Assembly: GCA_050251945.1 (NCBI GenBank)
Contig: JBFWLW010000002.1
Location: forward strand, 32,001 to 96,000
DNA: 64,000 nucleotides
Source: Deferribacterales bacterium
Lineage (GTDB): Bacteria > Chrysiogenota > Deferribacteres > Deferribacterales > Geovibrionaceae
Reading direction: 5' to 3'
Shown here piece after piece: positions 29,838 through 37,561 of the stretch. The notes under the pieces are model-generated. The model was not told where the DNA came from. It ran no database searches and saw only the letters and a program-made list of their open reading frames with translations. Position 1 is the first letter of the stretch. Each line of letters begins with the position of its first letter. Both the position numbers and the translations under genes were made by a program.

Positions 29838-30662
29838 ATGGGTGTAGAAAAACAAAAAAGCAGCATATCCCGCCTTAAGGATCTGAAGAGGTTTTACCAT
29901 TACTCCAACCTCATCAATATCCCTACTTACATGTTCGTAAGCAACGAATACAATCTGAACGTCATGCCTATCACCATAAGCGGGGTGTGGGAATACTATG
30001 CCGATATTTTCAATTCCATCAAACAGGCTGATACAATTGAAAATGCCGCCAAAGTTTTCACTAACGCGATGGACACGCTCTTCTCCCTTTCCGAAAAGCA
30101 CAACGGTAAAAGAATGGGAAGCTACACCCGACTGCTGAAAGGATGGCTTTTCGATTCCAACAGCATCGAAGGTGCCGTCATGAAGGGATGGGTGGAAAGC
30201 CGCTTCGGCATCCTGCCTTTCTTTCATAAAGAGATCATCCCCGATGTCAACAGCAAGGAATATTACGGATACATGGTTGAGAAGATGGATAGCAAACATA
30301 ACAAAAATCTTATCTTCCATCAGCTTGATCTCCTCTACACCTATACCCAGTGCATCCTCCAGACCTTCTATAAGGATTCTCTGCCGAAAATCACTCTGTA
30401 CAGAGGCGTTAACGACCTTTCGGAGCACCTTGTGGTCAAGGAATATGACAGGACAAGGCTTTGCATAGAACAGAATTCACTCGTGTCTTTCACATCCGAC
30501 AAAGACATCGCATCCCAGTTCGGCGATTATATCCTGACTTCGGAAATACCGTACACCAAGATAGTTTTCTTCTCGGAAGTCCTGCCTACCCTGAGTTTCG
30601 TCGGGGAAAAAGAATATCTTGTCCTCGGCGGGCGCTACGATACAATAGTGACCTACTATTAA
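29838..30662 (+). CDS. draT: NAD(+)-dinitrogen reductase ADP-ribosyltransferase (alt. start TTG 29829)
   Basis: LLKGWLFDSNSIEGAVMKGWVESRFG, QLDLLY, LYRGVN, SFTSD..FGD, GEKEYLVLGG. Confidence 0.93.
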   Translation: MGVEKQKSSISRLKDLKRFYHYSNLINIPTYMFVSNEYNLNVMPITISGVWEYYADIFNSIKQADTIENAAKVFTNAMDTLFSLSEKHNGKRMGSYTRLLKGWLFDSNSIEGAVMKGWVESRFGILPFFHKEIIPDVNSKEYYGYMVEKMDSKHNKNLIFHQLDLLYTYTQCILQTFYKDSLPKITLYRGVNDLSEHLVVKEYDRTRLCIEQNSLVSFTSDKDIASQFGDYILTSEIPYTKIVFFSEVLPTLSFVGEKEYLVLGGRYDTIVTYY

Positions 30663-30686
30663 AAGCACGTCCTGTGCTTTTAATAG
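30656..30686. terminator. 13-bp perfect hairpin at draT 3' end (possibly bidirectional)
   Basis: CTATTAAAAGCAC-GTCCT-GTGCTTTTAATAG. Confidence 0.55.
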
Positions 30687-30756
30687 AAACGCTTCGTCAG
30701 ATTTAAGAGCAAAGCCCTGAAATCCTCTCCACAGGTTTCATACTGAAACCTTGGCT

Positions 30757-30789
30757 GTCTTCGCGAGGAGCAGAGCGACGACGCGATCT
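30757..30789. repeat. Single REP-like family 1 unit
   Basis: GTCTTCGCGAGGAGCAGAGCGACGACGCGATCT. Confidence 0.7.
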
Positions 30790-30798
30790 AAAAAAGAT

Positions 30799-31071
30799 TT
30801 ACGCCGATTTTTTGCCCAGAACTATCCACTTGCCCTCTTCTTCGTCAAAGTCCTCAACAACTTCGAGTTCCTGTGCGCGGAAGCCGAGTTTTTTGTTTAT
30901 ATCAAGGAAATGAACCACATATACAGGCTCGAAGTGGAATTCTGTTATCTCGCAGATGAATCCTTCCATTCCTTCATAGGCGACTGGGGTGCCTCTTTTG
31001 CATCCGGCACATGTGCCGTCGTTTCTTATCATTTTTGTTACCAGAACTTTCTGATTGACTTTAAGTTCCAT
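30799..31071 (-). CDS. nifZ: Nitrogen fixation protein NifZ
   Basis: KVLVTKMIRNDGT..G.EGFI..YVVHF..GFRAQEL. Confidence 0.85.
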   Translation of the reverse strand: MELKVNQKVLVTKMIRNDGTCAGCKRGTPVAYEGMEGFICEITEFHFEPVYVVHFLDINKKLGFRAQELEVVEDFDEEEGKWIVLGKKSA

Positions 31072-31128
31072 ATCTCACCTCTGAAAAAGAAAAGCCCCTC
31101 CCCGAAAAAGGGAGGGGACATGTTGTTG

Positions 31129-31392
31129 TTACGCTTCTACAGGTGCGTGTGTGAAGCAGCTTTTGGGGCAGGCCTTTGAGCAGGCTTCACAGCCTATGCA
31201 CGCGCCATCATCCACTATTGTCATATAGGTTTTTTCGCAGTCTTCGTCTTCGTATTCTTCAAGTGCGAGGCAGGCGTATGCACACGCTTTAAAGCAGCGT
31301 CCGCAAGCAATGCAGGATTCCTTGTTGAGTTCCATGATAAACTTGGGAGTCCAATCTTTTCCGTTTTTTCTTGTTCCAGTAATGAATGCCAT
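31129..31392 (-). CDS. fdxB: nif-specific ferredoxin III, 2x[4Fe-4S]
   Basis: GKDWTPKFI, CIACGRCFKAC, CIGCEACSKACPKSCFTH. Confidence 0.85.
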   Translation of the reverse strand: MAFITGTRKNGKDWTPKFIMELNKESCIACGRCFKACAYACLALEEYEDEDCEKTYMTIVDDGACIGCEACSKACPKSCFTHAPVEA

Positions 31393-31437
31393 TTATAACC
31401 CTCCTTTGGCGGTTGTTAGTAGTGACACTGCTTAGCA

Positions 31438-31453
31438 AGCAATCTCTGTGCCG
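31438..31453 (-). promoter_or_regulatory. sigma54 promoter of ferredoxin-nifZ
   Basis: Minus strand CGGCAC-AGAGA-TTGCT. Confidence 0.75.
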
Positions 31454-31604
31454 TTTAGAAAATGCTCCTGATACCGCCGTTAAACCAGAATAAAACAAAC
31501 CACATGACTTTTTTCTGAATACTTTTTACTCTGCCGCTGTCTATTTTTTAACCACTTTTTAATATTTACTTCTCTGCAACCCTTATCGTTCGCAAGGTAT
31601 TGCG

Positions 31605-31620
31605 TGGCACATATATTGCT
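31605..31620 (+). promoter_or_regulatory. sigma54 promoter of nifA
   Basis: TGGCAC-ATATA-TTGCT; predicted +1 at ~31631-31632. Confidence 0.8.
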
Positions 31621-31631
31621 CGCATTTATGT

Positions 31632-33191
31632 ATGAAATACCTCAACTATTTTAAGACCGCTCTTAACAGTATCTATGAGATAAGCGTTATTCTGAACAGT
31701 TCGACCAACAGAAGACACGCTCTTTACGGTGTTGTGAAACAGATGCAGAACACACTTTCGGTGGAACGCGCGTTCATACTTCTGCACGACCAGCACACGC
31801 ATAGGCTCATGCTCGAGGCGTCGGCAGGACTGGACGAGACAACAGCGGCGTCGGTCTCTTTTCAAAGCGACGAGGGCATGGTGGGCAAGGTATTTCGTCT
31901 GGGGGTACCCATCCTCATTCCGGATATTGAGCGGGAACCGCAGTTTCTGAACAAGCTCAAGCGTCCTCCAGCGTCTGAGCAAACTTCTTTTATTGCGGTT
32001 CCGCTGAAGTTTCAGGCTAACACTCTGGGCGTGCTGGCTGTGGACAAGTTCAGTTCGCGCATGAACAGCGTCACAACAGAGGTCGAGATACTCAAGATGA
32101 TCGCAAACCTCATCGCATCCTTTCTGTATAAAAACGAATTTTTCGAGAACGAACTCTCAATGGTTCAGGATGAAAAAATACGCATAGAGGCGGAAAACCT
32201 GAGCCTCATTAACGAAATAAAATCAAAATACAGCTTTAAAGGTCTTGCGGGAACAAGCAAGCTCATGGAAAAAGTATTCGATAAAATAACAATGGTAACA
32301 AACACCTCCGCATCCGTGCTTATCCGCGGCGAAAGCGGAACTGGAAAAGAGGTTGTCGCCAAAACCGTACACTATAACAGCGACAGAAGCTCAAAGCCTT
32401 TTGTGGCGGTGAACTGCGCCGCGATACCTTCAGACCTTATAGAGAGCGAGCTTTTCGGATACGCAAAGGGTGCTTTTGCGGGGGCATCTGCCGAGAAAAA
32501 AGGGAAATTTGAGCAGGCGGAGGGCGGAACAGTATTTCTGGACGAAGTGGGCGACATGCCCATGGAGGCACAGAGCAAGCTTCTGCGTGTTTTGCAGGAC
32601 AAAACCATCGAAAAGCTCGGAACCGTTGAAAGCACAAAGGTTGACGTGCGGATACTGGCGGCTACAAATAAAAATCTGGAAGAGGCTGTTCAGGCAGGTA
32701 AATTCCGTCTCGACCTGTATTACAGACTGAACGTATTCACCATAGACCTTCCCCCTCTGCGCAAGCGGAAAGAGGATATTCCGGTCATCTGCGAGGTGAT
32801 CCTCGGAAAGCTCAACACATCATACGGCAAAAACTACACTCTGGACGCGAGCACAGTGGCGGCGTTGTCCCACTGCAACTGGCCCGGAAACATCCGCGAA
32901 CTTGAGAACTGCCTCGAACGCGCCGCGCTGACAGCAGGCGACGGACTCATAAAAACCGAACATATCTCCTGCTCACGGGGCGATTTCTGCCTTTCACACG
33001 TCATCGGCGAAGAATGTCCCGAAGGGGGCGAACCCATTGCTGACGAAGGCAATTCAGACAAGACTCAGCTTCTCCTCGCCCTGCAGAAAGCAGGATGGGT
33101 TCAGGCGAAAGCCGCCCGCATGCTGAACATGACCGTCCGTCAGGTCAACTACCGCATCGCCAAATACGGCATCGAAGTCAAAAAGATATAG
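31632..33191 (+). CDS. nifA: NifA-type sigma54 activator (GAF-AAA+-HTH)
   Basis: GAF (EGMVGKVF..EPQFLNK..SFIAVP), GESGTGKE, ESELFG..GAFAGA, WPGNIRELEN, GWVQAKAARMLNMTVRQVNYRI. Confidence 0.9.
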   Translation: MKYLNYFKTALNSIYEISVILNSSTNRRHALYGVVKQMQNTLSVERAFILLHDQHTHRLMLEASAGLDETTAASVSFQSDEGMVGKVFRLGVPILIPDIEREPQFLNKLKRPPASEQTSFIAVPLKFQANTLGVLAVDKFSSRMNSVTTEVEILKMIANLIASFLYKNEFFENELSMVQDEKIRIEAENLSLINEIKSKYSFKGLAGTSKLMEKVFDKITMVTNTSASVLIRGESGTGKEVVAKTVHYNSDRSSKPFVAVNCAAIPSDLIESELFGYAKGAFAGASAEKKGKFEQAEGGTVFLDEVGDMPMEAQSKLLRVLQDKTIEKLGTVESTKVDVRILAATNKNLEEAVQAGKFRLDLYYRLNVFTIDLPPLRKRKEDIPVICEVILGKLNTSYGKNYTLDASTVAALSHCNWPGNIRELENCLERAALTAGDGLIKTEHISCSRGDFCLSHVIGEECPEGGEPIADEGNSDKTQLLLALQKAGWVQAKAARMLNMTVRQVNYRIAKYGIEVKKI

Positions 33192-33202
33192 ACCGCGCGT
33201 TA

Positions 33203-34510
33203 TCACTGCTCTTTAAGCGACATCGCGAATCTGTTCATAAAAGGACGTACCAGATATTCCATAAACGTCCGTTCGCCCGTCTTTATGATAACCTCCACAG
33301 GCATCCCAGCCTGCAATCTGTTCACCGAACCTAATTTTACAAGCTCTTTCTCCGGTATGCGTATCTGGCAGATATAATATGACCTGCCGGAATTCTGCTC
33401 AAGGAAAACGTCGGGAGAGATCATAATGACCTCGCCGAACAGCGAAGGGGTTTTGTGGATATCCAGTGCCGATATGCGCACCTCCGACTGTAACCCCGCC
33501 CGCACGGAATCTATGTCTCTGGGGGATATTTCCGCCTGAACGATAAGTGCCTCGTGCATGGGCGCAATGTCCATTATCTTCTGCCCGGGTGTAATTACGC
33601 TGCCTGCGTTATGCACGGCAAGACCGAGGACAATGCCCTCTTCCGGAGCCTTTATTATCATGGATTCATGGTTGATGAGCGCGGCGTTGTATTCTTCCTT
33701 AAGTCCTGCGATGCGCTTCTGGACGTCCGTAAGTGCGGTTTCGACGTCTTTACTGAACTCGCTGTCCACCTGAAGCATTTTAAGGTCGAGTTCGGAAAGA
33801 TTACGTCTGGTGCGTTCAATGGTGGCAAGCTCTTCACTGCGCGTTGCCTCCATCCCCTGCAGATTCTGCTGGAGTTCTATCATCTTGTTTTTAGGATAAT
33901 AGCCTTCGTCTGCGATGGTTCTGACGGATTCTATCTCTTTTTCAAGCAGAGCCACCTGCCTTTTTCTGGATGCGGCAAGCTGTTCCATCTGTGCAACATA
34001 GTCTATAACGCCATGTTTCTGGTTCATCAGAATCCGCTTTTCGTTCATGACCGAATCTCTGCGTTTTCTGAAAAGGTCATTCTGGGTTCTGATCATATCA
34101 ATGACCTCAGGGTCTGACGCCGCGTCTTTAAGCACCTTCGGATATTCTATTGATGATCTGCCCAGCCTTTCCGCCGTCAGTCTGGACTCAAGTGCGAGGT
34201 TGGTGTAATAGTCCGAACGAACGCCGCTCAGTTTCGCATTTGTAACGGAATCGTCCAGTTTCATGAGAACCTGTCCGGATTTCACGCTGCTGCCCTCTTT
34301 CACCAATATTTCCTGAACAGTTCCGCCGTAAAGGTGTTGAACTGTCTTGCGTTTATCGACAAAAGCAAGAGTACCCGGCGCAACCACCCCCTGACTAAGC
34401 GGGGCTGTGAACGCCCACATGCCGAAAAATCCAAGCCCGATGATAAGCACCGCAAGCCCTATATAGATAAATCTTCTGGAATCTTTTCTTATATTATTGT
34501 CAATATTCAT
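33203..34510 (-). CDS. HlyD/PrtE-family type I secretion periplasmic adaptor
   Basis: N-terminal TM, KTVQHLYGG, coiled coil, AGMPVEVIIKTGERT. Confidence 0.93.
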   Translation of the reverse strand: MNIDNNIRKDSRRFIYIGLAVLIIGLGFFGMWAFTAPLSQGVVAPGTLAFVDKRKTVQHLYGGTVQEILVKEGSSVKSGQVLMKLDDSVTNAKLSGVRSDYYTNLALESRLTAERLGRSSIEYPKVLKDAASDPEVIDMIRTQNDLFRKRRDSVMNEKRILMNQKHGVIDYVAQMEQLAASRKRQVALLEKEIESVRTIADEGYYPKNKMIELQQNLQGMEATRSEELATIERTRRNLSELDLKMLQVDSEFSKDVETALTDVQKRIAGLKEEYNAALINHESMIIKAPEEGIVLGLAVHNAGSVITPGQKIMDIAPMHEALIVQAEISPRDIDSVRAGLQSEVRISALDIHKTPSLFGEVIMISPDVFLEQNSGRSYYICQIRIPEKELVKLGSVNRLQAGMPVEVIIKTGERTFMEYLVRPFMNRFAMSLKEQ

Positions 34511-34521
34511 GTTTATCCGCC

Positions 34522-36252
34522 TTAGACTGCTTTTGTATGCATAACTTTCGCCTGCATACCGCTGCGCACTGTGTCCATTATCTCCTGCTTTGGTCCGTAC
34601 ATCTGGATAGTTCCGCTGTTAAGCACCATTATCTTATCCGCTACGGAGAGCACAGGCGTTCTGTGTGTGATAACGAATATGGTCTTGTTCATGGCTTTCA
34701 GTCTTTTCAAAGCCTCCACAAGCGCCATTTCACCCGGTTCATCAAGGTTTGAGTTCGGTTCGTCCAGAACCAGAAGAACCGGATCGTCATAAACCGCTCT
34801 GGCAAGTGCGATGCGCTGGCGCTGTCCGCCGGAAAGCACTGTTCCACCCTCGCCGATATAGGTTTCATACCCTTCGGGAAGTGCCAGTATCATCTCGTGT
34901 ACGCCAGCCATTTTTGCCGCAGCGACTATCTTTTCAGGATCCAGTTCGCCGAAACGGGCAATATTCTGGGCAACCGTACCTTCGAGAAGCTCAATATCCT
35001 GCGGCAGATAACCGATATATTTGCCCATCTCGCTCTTATCCCATTTTGATACATCAGCGCCGCCGAGCCGCATATCGCCGACAACAGGCTGCCATATGCC
35101 CACCAGAACCCTCGCCAGCGAAGATTTACCCGAAGCGCTGGGTCCCAGAACAGCCACAAGGTCGCCCGCGGGAGTTTCAAAGTTTATGTTTTTAAGTACC
35201 TGTATGTTCGCACCGGGAGGCGTCGCTATGATGCCTTTCGCGGAAACCGCGCCTGCAGGTCTGGGCAGTTTCATCTTTTCACCCGTCTCAGGGAAACTGT
35301 CGAAAAGTTCGCCCAGCTTGTGGTATGAGTTCCTTGCGGAAACAAAGCCCTTCCACGACGAAGTTATCATCTCAACGGGTGCAAGCGCCCTGCCCATAAG
35401 TATTGAGCCGGCTATCATGGCGCCTGCCGTCAGATCCATGTTTATAACGTAATAAGCACCGACGGCATAGACCATCGACTGTGCGGATATCCTTATGAAC
35501 CTCGTCAGCGCGTTTATTCCCGCCGCGCGTTCACTTGCCACACTCTGCAGCTTCATAAAGGCAAGATGCTTCGGAAGCCATTGTCTGCGGACGTTCTCAA
35601 GCATCCCCATAGAGTCTATGACCTCCGCGTTGCGGAAGTTTGTCGTGGCAAACATGGTAGCCCTGCGGAAATTTATATTGGCCTCTTCAATGGGTTTCTT
35701 ACTCATATATTCTGTCAGAACTGTCAGAAGTATAAGCAGTATCGCCGCGCACGTGGCGAGAACACCAAGCGCAGGATGTAAAAGATAAATAACTATCAGA
35801 TATATAGGCGACCACGGAGCGTCAAGGAACGCGAAAAGCCCGTGTCCTGTCAGAAACTGTCTGACAGCAGTGACATCCTGAAAAATCTGTGAAGCCGCAC
35901 CCGAACCGCTTTTAAGCGCGTTTTCAAAAGCCACCGCAAACGCTCTGCCGGAAAGGGTTTCATCCATGCGGTTTCCCGCAACTATCATTATCTGCGAACG
36001 CACCCATTCCATCGCCGCAAGCACAACGAACATAAACAGTGTAATGAGGGTTATGACAAGGAGCGTCTCCTTGTTGCGGCTGGTGAGGACGCGGTCATAT
36101 ATCTGCAGCATATAGATCGACGGGACGAGCATCAGCATGTTTATCACGAAGCTGAAACCCGCAAGCGCAATGAATGTGCGTTTGAAACCCATCAGTATGT
36201 TTTTCAGTTCTCCAGCGGGAATCCCGCCCGGCATATGCCTTTTGTTGTTCAT
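34522..36252 (-). CDS. PrtD/AprD-family type I secretion ABC permease/ATPase
   Basis: YMLQIYDRVLTSR, DAPW, GPSASGKS, GYLPQDIEL, LSGGQRQRI, LDEPNSNLD. Confidence 0.93.
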   Translation of the reverse strand: MNNKRHMPGGIPAGELKNILMGFKRTFIALAGFSFVINMLMLVPSIYMLQIYDRVLTSRNKETLLVITLITLFMFVVLAAMEWVRSQIMIVAGNRMDETLSGRAFAVAFENALKSGSGAASQIFQDVTAVRQFLTGHGLFAFLDAPWSPIYLIVIYLLHPALGVLATCAAILLILLTVLTEYMSKKPIEEANINFRRATMFATTNFRNAEVIDSMGMLENVRRQWLPKHLAFMKLQSVASERAAGINALTRFIRISAQSMVYAVGAYYVINMDLTAGAMIAGSILMGRALAPVEMITSSWKGFVSARNSYHKLGELFDSFPETGEKMKLPRPAGAVSAKGIIATPPGANIQVLKNINFETPAGDLVAVLGPSASGKSSLARVLVGIWQPVVGDMRLGGADVSKWDKSEMGKYIGYLPQDIELLEGTVAQNIARFGELDPEKIVAAAKMAGVHEMILALPEGYETYIGEGGTVLSGGQRQRIALARAVYDDPVLLVLDEPNSNLDEPGEMALVEALKRLKAMNKTIFVITHRTPVLSVADKIMVLNSGTIQMYGPKQEIMDTVRSGMQAKVMHTKAV

Positions 36253-37556
36253 CAGTTCACCTTGCATTCAGAGTTTATGAGCGATTCCAGAAAATCCACA
36301 TCTGCGGGCATAAGCACGCCCGCATAGTATTTAAGGTCAATATATCCTGTAAAGTATTCATATTTTGCCTGCAAAAGCCTTGAGAGGGCATCGAACATGT
36401 TGTTCTGGGCATTTATGACATCCACAAGGGTGACAACGCCAGCCGCCATGCTCTTTTTGTTCGATTCATAGGCGAGAGTGTTTGATGCTGCCGTCCTTTC
36501 CAGAGCAGCTATCTTCGCCTTGCTGCCCAGAAGGGACGTATATTTTTCAGATACGTTCTTTTTCATCTCGTTCACGGCAGTGTTCATGTCGCTTACGGAC
36601 TGATAGAATCTTTCTTTATTTTCCATAACTTTGGCGGATGTGTAGCCGCCGTTGAATATCGGCACGGACAACTGAGCGCCTACGCTTTTATAAATAGTTT
36701 CGGTGCTTTTGATGTTGCTGACCTGATCGGATCTCCTGTAGGTTGCGATAAGATTAAGCGTGGGGATATGCTGGGTTCTGGCTATTTTCACGCTTTCGTC
36801 AGCATATCTGCTCTGTGCCTTGTAATATTTAACTTCACTGCTGTTCTGCATGGCGGTTCCGATCCAGCTTTCGAGGTTGCCTATGTCGTGGTCGGCATAG
36901 CTGAACCCCTGACCCAGACAGCGGATGCCCTCTATCTTTCCGGAGATGGATTCCAGTTCCACCATATTGTTCAGATATGCGTTCTCCGCGTTTACAATGT
37001 CATATTCAGCAGTGTCAAGATTCGCCTGCGCTTCGTGTACGTTCGTAACGGCGGCTATACCTGCGCGGTACATCTTTTCCGCCTGAACGAGCTGTTCCTG
37101 CGCACCCTGTTTTTTAGATTTCATCAGGTCAATGTTATCCTTGGCAAACAAAACGTTCATGTATGCAGTCACCACCCGCACAATGAGATTTGACTCGGCG
37201 GATTTCAGCTTCGCACCGGATGATTGGAGCGTATATTTACTCTGTCCGTGCTGCAGATATTTGCCCATATCAAAAACGGGCTGAACCAGATTCACCGTAA
37301 GTTCTTTTGTATCGTAATCCCCGTATCTGTCCGTGTCATATTTCAGCGCCGTATACTGACCCGAAAGGTTCGGCAAAAGCCCGGCTCTCGTCTGTTTCCG
37401 CACCGCCTCGGCAGATTTCTGATAGTGCTGCGCGGACTGGAGGATACTGTCGTTTTCAAGGGCGCGGTCATACGCCTCCTTTATTCCTGTGTCCGCATAG
37501 GCAAAACCCGCCGAAAGTACGGACGACACTACCAAACCGGCAATTAACCTCTTCAT
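36252..37556 (-). CDS. TolC-family outer membrane channel
   Basis: Signal peptide, RAGLLP, QPVFD, VPIFNGG, TLVDVINAQ; T1SS context. Confidence 0.9.
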   Translation of the reverse strand: MKRLIAGLVVSSVLSAGFAYADTGIKEAYDRALENDSILQSAQHYQKSAEAVRKQTRAGLLPNLSGQYTALKYDTDRYGDYDTKELTVNLVQPVFDMGKYLQHGQSKYTLQSSGAKLKSAESNLIVRVVTAYMNVLFAKDNIDLMKSKKQGAQEQLVQAEKMYRAGIAAVTNVHEAQANLDTAEYDIVNAENAYLNNMVELESISGKIEGIRCLGQGFSYADHDIGNLESWIGTAMQNSSEVKYYKAQSRYADESVKIARTQHIPTLNLIATYRRSDQVSNIKSTETIYKSVGAQLSVPIFNGGYTSAKVMENKERFYQSVSDMNTAVNEMKKNVSEKYTSLLGSKAKIAALERTAASNTLAYESNKKSMAAGVVTLVDVINAQNNMFDALSRLLQAKYEYFTGYIDLKYYAGVLMPADVDFLESLINSECKVN

Positions 37557-37561
37557 AACCG

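Noticed and set aside
29799..30428. 209-aa minus-strand ORF abutting draG
   Set aside because: Antisense to the strongly conserved draT frame; no motifs
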